In this document: one piece after another, positions 11,601 through 23,451 of the stretch
Layout: the number at the start of each line of letters is the position of its first letter
Position numbering within the stretch: position 1 is the stretch's first letter
Assembly: GCF_021869535.1 (NCBI RefSeq)
Contig: NW_026262745.1
Span: 12,772,001-12,836,000, forward strand
Source of the DNA: Mytilus californianus
Taxonomy: Eukaryota
Reading direction: 5' to 3'
Length of the DNA stretch: 64,000 bases
Made by a program: the position numbers and the translations under genes
The notes under the pieces: model-generated
The model's input: the letters and a program-made list of their open reading frames with translations, nothing else
What the model was told of the DNA's origin: nothing
Databases searched by the model: none

Positions 11601-14600
11601 CAAATTACCTATTACAATGGCTGCTATTGGCACTGCTAAGGACAAAACTAGTAATATTGTGGCAATCACTGAAACAAAGATTAAAAAAGGAATTAAATAA
11701 TGTAATCCATGTAAGGAAAATGCCAAGGATTAGTAAATCTTACATACAGACTAAAAAGACGAGGGATACTTTACTTAACTTCATTACAAAGCTAAATATG
11801 AATAGTGTAGCATGCTTTGTTTGTCTCTTTGTCGTTTATTGCTGTATTTCATTTTATTTTATTTATTGTTTTGTACATTTTCTCGTTTGAATTGTTCTAC
11901 ATTTGTCATTTTGGTGCCTTTTATAGCTTGCTACGCGGTATGGATTTTGTTCATTTTTGAAGACCGTATGATGAAATATACAGTGGAGATCACTTCTAAC
12001 CTCTCATTAGAACTGTCAGAATAATCTATCATGGAACTGTTCTAAACTGTTCTAGAACAGTTCTACGTAGAACAGTTCTACCCTAGAACTGTTCTAAGTA
12101 GAACTGTCAGAATCAGTTCTAGGTAGAACTGACCAAATCAGTTCTAGGTAGAACTGTCAGGATCAGTTCTAGGGTAGAACTGTCCAAATCAGTTCTTGTC
12201 GTAGAACAGTCAGCAGAACTGACCAAATCAGTTTTAGCCGTAGAACTGACCAAACCTGTCAGGATTGTAGAACAGTTCTAAATGACGTCACTGCAGTTAG
12301 GGCATCTCACTGGTCACCATTCAGTGTTGTTGTTATCGTTGATAAAGCCACACGCAAAATGCCTCCTGTCAAAGTTAACAGAATTTCAATGTATTTGAGA
12401 CAGCGAATATTATATAATATATATATGGACAGAACTGACTAAATCAATTCTAGCCGTAGAACTGACCAAATCAGTTCTAATCGTAGAACTGTTCTAGTCG
12501 TAGAACTGTCTAAAACTGTTCTAAGGTAGAACTGTCAGGATCAGTTCTAGTAAGAACTGTCTTAATCAGTTCTAGGTAGAACTGACCAAATCAGTTATGG
12601 GTTAGAACTGTTCTAGCTAGAACTGTCTAAAAGGTGTCAGGATGACAGTTCTACCTACTGTCCTAGGACAGTTCTCCTGACAGATTCTGATAGATTTGAT
12701 GAGAGGTTAGAAGTGATCTCCACTGTAGTTACTACTATTAACTTCTACTTCATTTGGTCTCTGGTGGAGAGTTGTCTCATTGTCAATCATACCACGTCTT
12801 CTTATTCATATATCAACCCAGTGTACTGTGTCATTTTGTACAAGAGATTATATTAGTAGTATAAAAATAAAATAAAAGGTTTGCTTTCCTAATAAGGTTA
12901 AAGTAAAGTTTCTTCGCTGCGTCAGATGCATGTTATTAGACATAACCACTCAAGGCCAATTTGTTTGAGGGAGAAGCAACTGCAGTTTACAAAATTGATC
13001 AAAATTAATTAAGTGAGAATATATATGCAAAATTCTTAACATTTTTCTCTTGCGAGATGTTCAGTCGATTTACACTTGATCAGACCAAAATGACCGTTTC
13101 AAAAAATTTAAATCTTGCTTGGCTTATTTTAGCGTTTACAGAAATAAGGTACAACATCCTATTGTTATACAGCAAACTGCATACGCCTATTTTATAGTAT
13201 TAACTTTAATACTGAAATAAAAAATGTCATTACTTTAAACCATATTTATAACAAGGATGTGTATTCGTTGCACCCTAATTGATTCGTTATTCTAAGCCCA
13301 GATTTTAGAATAATGATCTCCAATATTATTTCTAAAGTTTTAAACAAGAAGAGACTGACGATACCAATGCGACATTCCAAACTCATAAGTCGAAGATAAA
13401 CTGTCAACGCTATAGAGGGAAAAGGAAGACGATAAAAAGACAAAGAAGTCCACAAAACACTACATAAAATAACTAACGATTGAGCATGACGAACCCACCA
13501 AACACTGGGGTTAATATCAGGTGCTCCGGAAAGTAAGAAGATCCTGCCCACCAGTGGAACATTTTTTGTTTTAACAAAGTTCATCTTTACAGATAATGAT
13601 TTGGTAGAGGTTTCATTCCCATACACATTCAACTGCTAAAATAAAAACCTTTGAATACATTTACCTCCAGAGAAATTCAAAATGTTACACTTGAATATTA
13701 AAAGCACTAAACGATTATTGGAAGCAAACTTGTCATTGTGTGTAAGACATAATAGGCAGATATCCAATCATGATTTTCGCGATGGACCTTCTACGATACT
13801 TTATCCTTCAACTTTTTGGTCATAAAGCTCTTCAACTGTTTCGGTTCTTATACATCCTTGGCTTTCAAATATTTGGCATTGAGCGTTCCTGATAAAGGTA
13901 AATCCAGAAAAACGCTTCGGACGCATGAAATTTATAATGTTTTGTTTTCATTTTCTACAGCACTGGGTTGATACCTCTTCTGGTGAACTATCAGTCCCCG
14001 AGGGTATCATCAGCTCAGTAGTCAGTACTTCGGTACTGACATGATTTATAACAAACCTTTCTAAAATTGTCCGTTTATAAATTTTGAAATTATTTAGAAA
14101 CAAGGTTCAACTCAAACAGGCAAAGTTGACCTTAGATGGATTTTGCTATTTTTAGGTCCTTTTTGGTCATAAAGCTCTTCACCTATTTCGGTTCCTATAC
14201 ATCCATGGCTTTCAAATATTTGGCTTTGAGCGTTCCTGATGAAGATAAATCCAGAAAAGTACTTCGGACGCATGAAATTAATAACGTGTTGTTTTCATTG
14301 TTTAAAACATGCAACCAATACATTACACAATGACATGTCAATCCAGTACCGTCAACTTTAAAAATACAAAGACAATGTACACGAATACGTTTCCTATAAC
14401 TTTGCAACCAATATTAAATTGCTATTTTTATATAAATTGCTTTTGGTTTTGTTTCAACATATAAATGTAAAATACACATTAAATCTTTTGAGATGAACAA
14501 AAATAATGAAGTTATTATTATTTAATCAGGTCTTATTAATTTACGAAACATTGTCTTGGTAAGTTCAACCCTTTCAATTTAATGCATATGTCGCGACCAT

Positions 14601-14894
14601 GCATATATTATGAAAAAATAAAAAAAAAAAAAAAAAAAAACAAAGCGTGCTACGGTACCAATACACAGATTTCATTTTGTTGCTAAAAATCTTTAATATA
14701 ATAGCATCACAAATCTGTAGTGCTTTTCATATAAAATATGTGTGAATCTTGTATTATCGTAAATAAATTGTTTACTTACCTGATCCGCACAAAATTCCTA
14801 TTGATTTTCGCGCGAAATCAACATTTCCATCGGAAGTAACCTTTGCCGCAGCAATTTTACCAAATAGGGAGTCATATGATGGTGGTTCCTCCAT
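8669..14894 (-). CDS. TMEM272: TMEM272-like 4-TM protein, paralogue B (199 aa if the ATG at 14894 is the start)
   Basis: Exons 14780-14894 (MEEPPSYDSLFGKIAAAKVTSDGNVDFARKSIGILCGS), 11609-11668 (VIATILLVLSLAVPIAAIVI), 9979-10185 (GGLYLHDCPKQKYIPIYLIVFG...CFLFAWFIA) and 8669-8886 (GNVWVYKTY...YCQPTLFYFSFW...CCGCCISMLCC...KYGV*). Total 600 nt, GT-AG, no internal stops. An in-frame acceptor at 14933 could add an upstream coding exon. Confidence 0.9.
10930..11460 (-). mobile_element. Degenerate Penelope-like RT fragment in an intron of paralogue B
   Basis: YLGNEIYSHMMSVPIRTNCATLIADLFFY and YPFSSVDIKIS...DNKRESCISPI align by eye to RT motifs of 31322-32134. Confidence 0.6.
11981..12725. mobile_element. 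Tc1/mariner-type non-autonomous element (MITE) with an internal AGAACTGT/AGAACAGTTCT repeat array
   Basis: Perfect TIR CAGTGGAGATCACTTCTAACCTCTCAT / ATGAGAGGTTAGAAGTGATCTCCACTG. TA on both sides (11979-80, 12726-27). It interrupts another repeat terminus (GAAGACCGTA...TA|TAGTT...TTTGGTCTCTGGTGGAGAG). Confidence 0.85.
13881..13924 (+). ncRNA. Type I hammerhead ribozyme (mutated core CTGATAA)
   Basis: GCGTTC-CTGATAA-AGGTAAATCCA-GAAA-AACGCTTC-GGACGC. Stem I is GCGTTC/GGACGC. The predicted cleavage site is after C13918. Confidence 0.7.
14228..14271 (+). ncRNA. Type I hammerhead ribozyme with palindromic stem III
   Basis: GCGTTC-CTGATGA-AGATAAATCCA-GAA-AAGTACTT-C-GGACGC. The CUGAUGA and GAAA core is intact and AAGTACTT is a perfect palindrome. 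The predicted cleavage site is after C14265. Confidence 0.8.
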
Positions 14895-17800
14895 TTTCGA
14901 ATGTGTATACGAGATGAGATGACAATAAAAATCTGCAAAGGAGGATGAAATAACTATCTTTATCTATATTATAATATATACATTCTTTATTTACATTTGT
15001 CGTATATCATGGTACTTAACTTTATCGAATGAAATGTTTGACAGAGAACTTCAATACAAGAGATATGTAGCTTATCTAAATCTGCTGACAACACGCACCC
15101 CCGCAGATTTCAATGAATATTCAACATTCTTAAACTAAATTGGAATCTCTACTTACTATAAATAAAAACTCCTATCTATTAACATGGAAGGGTTCAGTTT
15201 GGTTTTTTTTATCATTTATTTATTTATTATATTTATGAGTGACAAAGCAGTTAAAAGTATTTATAACGTTATATCCGACAATGACTATGCCAGAGTAGGT
15301 TATACAGTCGTGAACTGTACTTTGGGTAAGGGATGTGTCCCGATTAGTTATAACTATATGCGGAATAATTACTTGTAATGCTCGGTTTAATAATTGTATA
15401 ATTCAAGTTGAAAATTGTTGTTTTGCAGTTATAGAGTGTTTCTTAATCATTACAGTCATTGTTAAAATAATACTACTGCACAGGTTAACAAAAGAGAGGC
15501 GAAAGATACCAAAGGGATATTCAACTTGACTTGACTTTCTACAAATCTCGTTCCACAATAAGAAGATTCTTTCTGAGGAGTCCCATGACACGGTTTTATG
15601 CGTCTTGGTTTATCCGTTGATAAGAAACATTATAAAACCATATAACAAGATTTTATTTGATAAACAATGTTTTCAAAACTTTTGTCTCATCAAGAAACGC
15701 AAAAACTGGAAGAACAAAAGTATTAAAAGTCGAAAAGTTATAAATCCAAAATACTATTAACATTTAGAAGCCAATACCAGTTAAGGAATACATATGCATC
15801 GAGAGTATAACCTTAGAATTTAACCAATTCAGCATTTATTGTGGATTAAAAAAAATCAATTATTAATATTTAAGGAACACCTTGTTAGTGCTAAAGTACT
15901 GATTACAGCAGAGCTAGCAATACTTATTTAGACTTACAGTACATAAGCAGTGGTATTGGCTTAAGAGTTGTAATACACAATAACAATTAAGGTAAGAAAA
16001 TACCAATGAGCAATCCAAAACCATCAGTCGTAGAAACAGACAACACTAGAGAATAAAAGACGAGATGACAAACAACAATCAGAAACAAGCTTCAAAGAAA
16101 ATCCAGTGTTGAGCAACAAGACGAGGACCTCAAGTACTCCTTACCAAGACGCTCATCATCATGTTCATGTTAAAATCCTATTGTAGTCAGTAATGAATTC
16201 ATCATGTCAAAGACAAATTGATAAAAGTTCCTTTTATAAACATAAGACATCACGACATTGATTTCATAAACTACTATATATGCGAATTCTCCAACCTTAA
16301 AGCATGACCAAATGTTAAAGCTATGAAACGGAAATACAATAATATGTAAACAAGAATAATAATTATATCCAACATGACACAAAATTAAATAAATGCAGAA
16401 TGTGTCCATGGGACACAGATGATGCCCCGTTTGCATATAACGTTATAAAGGTACATAACTCAAGAATGGTAAAAGCAAGTTTTGTAGTTAAAAATATTGT
16501 GTTTAAGTTTCATTACATTTGGTAAAAAAATAACAAAGCTTAGCACAGAAAACAATATAGAAATATAATGCAAAAGCAACATGAACCCTTAGTATACAAA
16601 ATGGTTTTAGCCTCTAATTATGGACGGAGAACTTGTAGAAGATATACAGTGCACACTTTACATATAACAAATTTTGAACGTGTACCATTTATACAAAATC
16701 AAAAGTGTTATGTAATTCATGTGGGTGTACAATAGAATTTGATCTGATAAATAAATAATGAAATGCAGAGCTCAAATCTTACATCTTTTATCTGCTGAAA
16801 GCAAACAGAAAAAGAGACAGCAACTATAATTCATGGTTCCGACAACGGAACTGAAGTAATTATTACACAAAGAAATAGATGTAATAGATCTTATGAAATA
16901 ACAGCTTAAACAAGTATTCAACCTTCCCTAAAAATTTAACAAAAGTATTTACTTATTTATGTACGAAAGTAAATATTTATACAGATATTCAGCAAACAAA
17001 TGATCGAAGTCATTTGAAATATTTAAATGAATGGAAGAATTAAAATTTCGATTCACATCAAAAGTTAAACTTTAAAGTGACGGAAAGATTTATTACAGGT
17101 TAACTGACTGAACAACAACACTACTTGACAACAAATTATTGCATAAAACATTTATGGTTTGCTTTTTTCTTTTGTTTTAACGTCTGAACCAATAAAAAGA
17201 CTAACTAATTCAATATTGTACTCAAGTATTTATACATCCTTGGCGTCAAATTTCTGGGTTTGCGCGTTTCTGGTGAAAGTAAACTTGGGAAAAGCGTTTT
17301 GAAAGAGCCAAAATGTAAGCGTTATATTCTTTTAATCGTTGCTTTCACTAATAAGTTACAGAAGATCAAAATGTTAGAGAAATATACACAGTCGAGTAAA
17401 ATAGAGAAAAGTACACAAGCAAGTAAAGAAAATAATACACAGGCGAGTAAAATCAAAACCAACAGCACATTGTACTGACAATCCCCAAAAAATATACATG
17501 AAAAACAGTCATTAAAACGCTAGAAATATCTGGATAATACGAACCCTTATAAGCAAGGGTTACATGTACCCTATCCTGTTTCGTATGTGAAGTTTATCGT
17601 TTTGCCCATTGTTCAAAGCTAAAAATAGGAAGGCAATTTCGGAAAGGATGTTGAGATGAAACGATATTTGACAGGTTTTTTGTGTAGTGAAAGTAGCAAA
17701 TATATAATTATAGATATCTTCAAGTGTTCAGAGAAGGCCTTAAGCTGAGTTGTGGTAATGGTATGATTGTTTACTATTTGATCTGTGGTGCGCACGGACT

Positions 17801-18429
17801 TGAAAGTACGAGACTTTATAATTTCATTCTTACGCATTTCTGCATAGAACATACCTCCATCACATTGTTGCCTGCTTTGTCAGCCGGTACGAACACAAAC
17901 CATTTTAATTACAAGTCCATGAAGTGTGTTCTTATTCTAGAAATGGGAATATAAGTAACCCTTTTATTAATTTCTAATTTATTTTCAAATTGTTTGTCTG
18001 TACGGGAATCTTCAAATTGTTTATGAGATTGATCTTATTATTTCTGGATGGTTTCGTCTTATTGGAATATTATAAATTTAATACTGTGTGTGCATTTTCC
18101 TAAATGTTGGTACAACATAAATAAAACTTTAAATTTCTTAGGTATACCACACTGTGGTTTGTTTCTAGTAACAAGATAAACGAGGCTTAAGGTTTTCAAG
18201 TAATTTAACAGGAAAAGGAGAGCGACAAAGCTCTCCCTTTGACTGTTGATCTCACAGTCTTTCAATTATAAATTCTTAACTTTTTGATAGGAAGATATAT
18301 GTTTCGGGTGGGTGAAAGGAGAAGAGGGGTGAGAGAAAGGAGGTGAGGGGCGGGAGAAAGGAGGTTAAGGGTGGGAGAAGGGAGAAGACTACCTCCCCCT
18401 CATACTTGAAGATTAACTGTATTGTCATA

Positions 18430-18680
18430 ATTATATATTAAATGTTTACAAAACTTTTAATTTTTCGAAATATTAAGGATTCTCTACCCAAGGAATTAAT
18501 TACCTTGCCTGTATTTGGCAAAACCTTTCAGAATTTCTTCCTAAATGCTCTTCAATTTCGTACTTTATTTTACCCTTTTTAAGTTTTATTATTCGAGCTT
18601 CACTGATGAGTCTTTTGTAGAGGAAACGCGCGTCTGGTGTACACAATTTTTATCCTGGTATCTATGAAGAGTTTATTTAC
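18430..18680 (+). mobile_element. Retrozyme/PLE fragment (second family) with a hammerhead at ~18595-18640
   Basis: CTGATGA-GTCTTTTGTAGAG-GAAAC-GCGC-GTC-TGG. The stem II closing pair is mismatched. Flanks match 50540-50820, 51900-52110 and 61500-61640. Confidence 0.7.
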
Positions 18681-19699
18681 TATAATTAATTTATTTTAAT
18701 ATTCGTAAAACAGTGAAAAAACCTTGATGTACAAAGCCATAATTTTTATACCAGGATTTTTACATTATTATTCAAAACACAAACATGACTATTTTTGCAC
18801 AATAGCAGATGATGAAAAAAAGATTTTTAACCTCGAACTGAATCAAAATAATAAGTTTTTAACACTGACCTTTGTCTTCTGATTCCGTTGTGTGTATTAC
18901 TATTCTTATGAATAGATATTGATTTTTGAATACCTTACAGTCAAATACATGTACATGTATTAACCCCAATATGAATATTGATATTTTAATACTTTAATGT
19001 TTAATACACTTATCAGAATCGCAATTTTCGTTTAGATTTCCGCCCTACAACTAACACCAAATATTTAAATAACGGATTAACATTATATCATCGTAAATTT
19101 CGGTCTAATTCATAAAATCATTATAATGTATTGTTTATACATGTAGACCATTTACAAACGATTGGCTTGCCCGTACATGTGAGTACATTCTTATATGAAT
19201 TGATTATACAAATATAATTCATATATTTATGTTATGCCACAAACACTGTGTTTCTTTAAAGAGAAATTGCAAAGTCTAACGATACGGTCATAAACCAGCA
19301 AACAAAGTAAGACAGAGAAGTACATCTTCAAACCGAAAACTAAAGTTAGAAACAACATTGGCACAATATATAGATAAGACAAAGTAAATCGAATTTAACT
19401 ACAAATGGAGTTGAAGTCATAGCAGATGAAGATGAATACGTATGTATAAAATATGAAGGGGAAAATAAATAGTTAAAAGGAACAATAGGCATAATTGATA
19501 GAAAGAACACGGAAAGCTAAGAATTCGGTTAATCGAATTTAACTAAAACTGGAGATATTGAAAATTTCAAATATATATTCAAAAAGTAAACTTGATATCA
19601 TCATATGGACAAAAATAATCACTAAAAGAGAACACTGACATACAACATATAAAATGCATTACAATACATTTTCAATTTATTATTAATTGATTCGTTTTT

Positions 19700-19939
19700 T
19701 GTGTTTAAACGCCACTTTCAGTACATGTGGCTACTTAATTCTTGGTGGTGTTGGAGGAAACCGGATTGCCCGGAGAGAATTACCGACTTCTGCAGGAAAA
19801 CTGGTAATCCTAATCAATTAAGAAAGGAATGAACTCACCTGCCAAGAGCGGGGTTCGAACTCACAACCTCAGTGTTGACAGGGTAGTAAAACAGTTATTT
19901 CAGTAGATAAACTAATTAGACCACTCATTCACCGAGGCC
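19700..19939 (-). mobile_element. tRNA-derived SINE
   Basis: The minus strand begins GGCCTCGGTGAATGAGTGGTCTAA (A-box-like) and contains GTTCGAACC (B-box). It continues with CTCTCCGGGCAATCCGGTTTCCTCCA, resembling the conserved central domain of V/Meta-type SINEs. Confidence 0.7.
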
Positions 19940-22299
19940 TACAAGTTTGGTTGAATTCAGGTTACTTGAAATTCCACATGTGACACTGTCGACGTACGTT
20001 TTTAGGGCTTTCGTCACATCCCATTTCAGAATGTTTGGAAAAAGTCAAGGTATCTTTTTTCAATTTTCAATAAAAGAAGATTTTTTTCGGTTGATGAACA
20101 GTTAAGATTTCTACTGAAAGTAACAACATTTATTCTGTCAATTCTAGCATTCTTAGTACTGACTTTGCACAGCCACATTGTGAGTTAAGATGAAGAGTTA
20201 AACAAATACGAAAGTCCAAAGGCATCAAAATAACTTGTATGTTAAACACCTTATATAGTCTTCGTCCATTTTTTTCAAGTTCTTTTATGACTTGAAGAAT
20301 ATATGTGGTTTATATCAATAAACTTTTCCGCTATGAATTAAAAGCAATACGAAATCGAAATCAAGAAGAAAAGTCATGTTTCAATGACAAGTCGCAAAAG
20401 TAATATTACAAACAACAAATACCGTGTTAGATATCACTGTTTAAAAAAAATTTCTTTAGACTTTTTCTCAAGTAACTTCATGATTCATCTTTACAATCTT
20501 AGTAGAATTTTTATATACGCCTCTGTATAATTGTCGTTTGTTTTATCGATGTGCTTTAGTGAGGCTGGTTTTTTTTATTCAAATTATTAATTGTGTTTTT
20601 CCAAATGTTCTTACACTGATCGAGATAGGGGAGATTGAGTATTCACATAACTACTACCAAAAACGTATGATACAGATTCTGTTGCTCAAAACATCAGATG
20701 TCTTTCTGCGAAAACCTTATCTGGTTCGCTCGAAACAAAAGTTTGGAAAAGCTAAAAGCATAATACGTTTGAGAGCATGAAAACCAAAATGTCCAAAACA
20801 GAACTGTCCAAACCGTCCTAAACAGAACCGTCCAAACCGTCCAAGGTCAACATTGCCTATAGAATTTGAAACCTTAGTTTTAGTTTAATTGCGTAAGTGG
20901 AAAGAAATTTACAGACAAATTTCCTCGCTTAACTCATGCAAGTAGAGAAGAACTGCATATAGGGTGAATTGTAACCCCGGAACTGATAGCCTCCCAGCAG
21001 CGTTACGATCAAGGGTACAAACTAAAGGTATAATACCGATTTCAGTGCTTACAAAATTTATTTCTGGAATAACCTTTATCATACTTTTTCCCCAGTCATG
21101 AACATTTGTCAGTTGTTGTTGCTGTCGCTTTGTTTTTATATATCGTCAACTTAGAGCTTGATATTGATGTATGTACATCTGTCCTTCGTTTTTAACCTAA
21201 ACAAGTCCATTTTTATTGTGATAGTTGGTTGTTTCGTTTTTGACTTTCTCCTCAAATGTTCTTTCATTTTTAGTTACACGCTGATGATCAATCGCTAACA
21301 ACATTAGCGGGTGTGAGCACACAGACACCATAGAGTTTGTAAGTAGATATATCATTGGCTAATCATTTAACTCCCCACAGAAATTGTTTACGAGGAAACG
21401 TACCAGTTTATTTTACGTCTATTAGTTGTTTATTGTGAAGACTTATGATGATCTCTTGATGTTTTCCATCTTTTTTTTTATCAGATTACTTACTCAATGA
21501 TCTGAAATCTCTTAATATTCATTCATAAGCAATTAGCAGGGTTACAAATTCGGTTTCCGCTTTGTGTAGGCTAGTAAAAGAAGACAAGATACTGTTCAAA
21601 CGTACAATGTATATGAGGTGTAATACCACCATTGATTTTCCCCTATTAGTCTTTGTTAAATTTGCACTTTTCAAAAAATTGTGCAGAATTTATCTTTGTT
21701 TCAAATAAAGAAATACTTGGCATGAGTAAAGCTTTATCCTGTCCAGTAATATAGACAAAATTTCACATGACATTTCATTGCATATAAGAAAATAACCATC
21801 ACTGGAAGTTAACCAATCAAATTTTCACCTCTTTTTTTACCTGTGTGCAAGCTTTAGTAACCATGTAACCTCAAGTTTCCAAAATATTCTATAGAAACCC
21901 CAAATAAAAAAACAATGGTGCTTTGAAATACCCAAGATATATGTTTATGACCCAGAAATTTTTTACTGCAATGAAATGTATGATAAATTACCTGTCAAAT
22001 TCAAAGGAATATTTTTTTACGACCCTTTTTAAGAATTCGGAATTTTAAAATATCAAAACAAAATCTTTACGATATCGTGGCAAATATGTTTGTTGTCACT
22101 GGACACAAGCTCAAAATTCTAAAGTACTTGTTCAGATGAGTATACCATCATGCTTTCGTACATTTTACTCAAAACCATAATAGTACTGATATACGGCTAT
22201 CAAACACAAGCGTCATATCGTGTTTACTTTTTATTGTTCCAAACAAGCGTTAGTAATAATAGCTTAGCATTCTATAGCACAGACGAAAGAATAAATGAA

Positions 22300-22365
22300 T
22301 GAATAAACGAACGAACGAACAACGAACGAACGAACGAACAAACAAACAAACAAACAAACAAACGA
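22300..22365. repeat. Compound microsatellite (AACG)n(AAAC)n
   Basis: Directly visible tetranucleotide repeats. Confidence 0.9.
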
Positions 22366-23451
22366 ATTTATAGCTTTTTAAGTTGGATGATGTGCAGCAG
22401 ATCATATCAAATCTCTATGTATGTCCCCTCCCCCGTTTCTATATTTTACCGTGACTACCAGGTATCAAGGTTATTATAAGCATTTAACAATGAATATTTT
22501 ACATTGGAAATATAATATATGGAACGGTAACAATGAAATGTCAGAATATTTATACATTTTTTTCATATATGATATAATATAAAGGGAGAACATTGTAAAT
22601 TCCAGGAAAAGACAATGACATTCTTCTCGTTTATGAATAAAATTAAAATTATTAAAAAAAAGATAAACTGTTGTTGGGTTCCGGTCTCATTGACTTATAC
22701 CCACATCTTCTTTTGTTAATGGTCACCCACATTAACAGTCCCAACAACATTAATATTTGATTACACAGATATTTGTAAAGTACAAATAAAGACATCTTAA
22801 GATTAAAAAAAAAAATCTCCCATCCAAAATCGTTGTCAAATAAAAACGAAGACAGTTCGACTTCCGTAAAAAAAGATTTGGCCATATTCACCATTTCTAG
22901 TAAAGGAACACACTAAGGATTATCTTAACCTATAAAACTATATTCAGAAAATTAGAATAATTTAAAAAAAAAAGAAAAAATAAAATAATCTGAAGGAAAG
23001 AAACCATTATTATATTGAGAAAGATTTCCAACTTTTGTTTGTTGTTAAAACCTATCAACAACAAAATTCTACTAAACTCGCTATTGAGTTTACGAATGTT
23101 TTCTTTATATCAAATATTTACATATTAAGTATTTGCAACAGAATTTAAACCAAAAAGATGAGAAAGCTGAAAAAATACTAATATCTTACAACATATAAGA
23201 GGGTATGAATGGGGTCCATCTTTCTGTATTCTTAGATTTTTTAGGTCATATTTCCCTATTCTTTATATTTTTTGCCCATTATTCTCTATTCTTTTTTTTT
23301 GTCCATTTTTCTCGAAACTTTTATTTTACTCTTTATTCTGCCCCTTTTGCCTATTATTCTCTACTCTGTAATCCCCATCCAGACCCTCATATAACAAATG
23401 TTAGTTGAACTACTTAAAATTATTATAATTATCAAAGTTAGTAACTTTTTA

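Larger units (their letters stand above)
13812..14300 (+). mobile_element. Retrozyme (non-autonomous hammerhead-ribozyme retroelement), ~1.4 tandem monomers of 347 nt
   Basis: Direct repeat with a 347-nt offset (TTTTGGTCATAAAGCTCTTCA near 13814 and 14161). Each copy contains a type I hammerhead. There is an internal GTCAGTAC-TTCG-GTACTGAC hairpin at 14021-14040. Confidence 0.85.

Noticed and set aside
16390-16640. Possible second Helentron-type element start (GAATGTGTCCATGGGACACAGATGATGCCCC), with a possible end module near 37080-37160
   Set aside because: The termini could not be paired into a complete element, so support is too weak.
17235-17310. Hammerhead-like string (CTGGTGA...GGAAAAGCGTTTT)
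   Set aside because: The core and stem I are too degenerate to call a ribozyme. It is a decayed retrozyme fragment at most.
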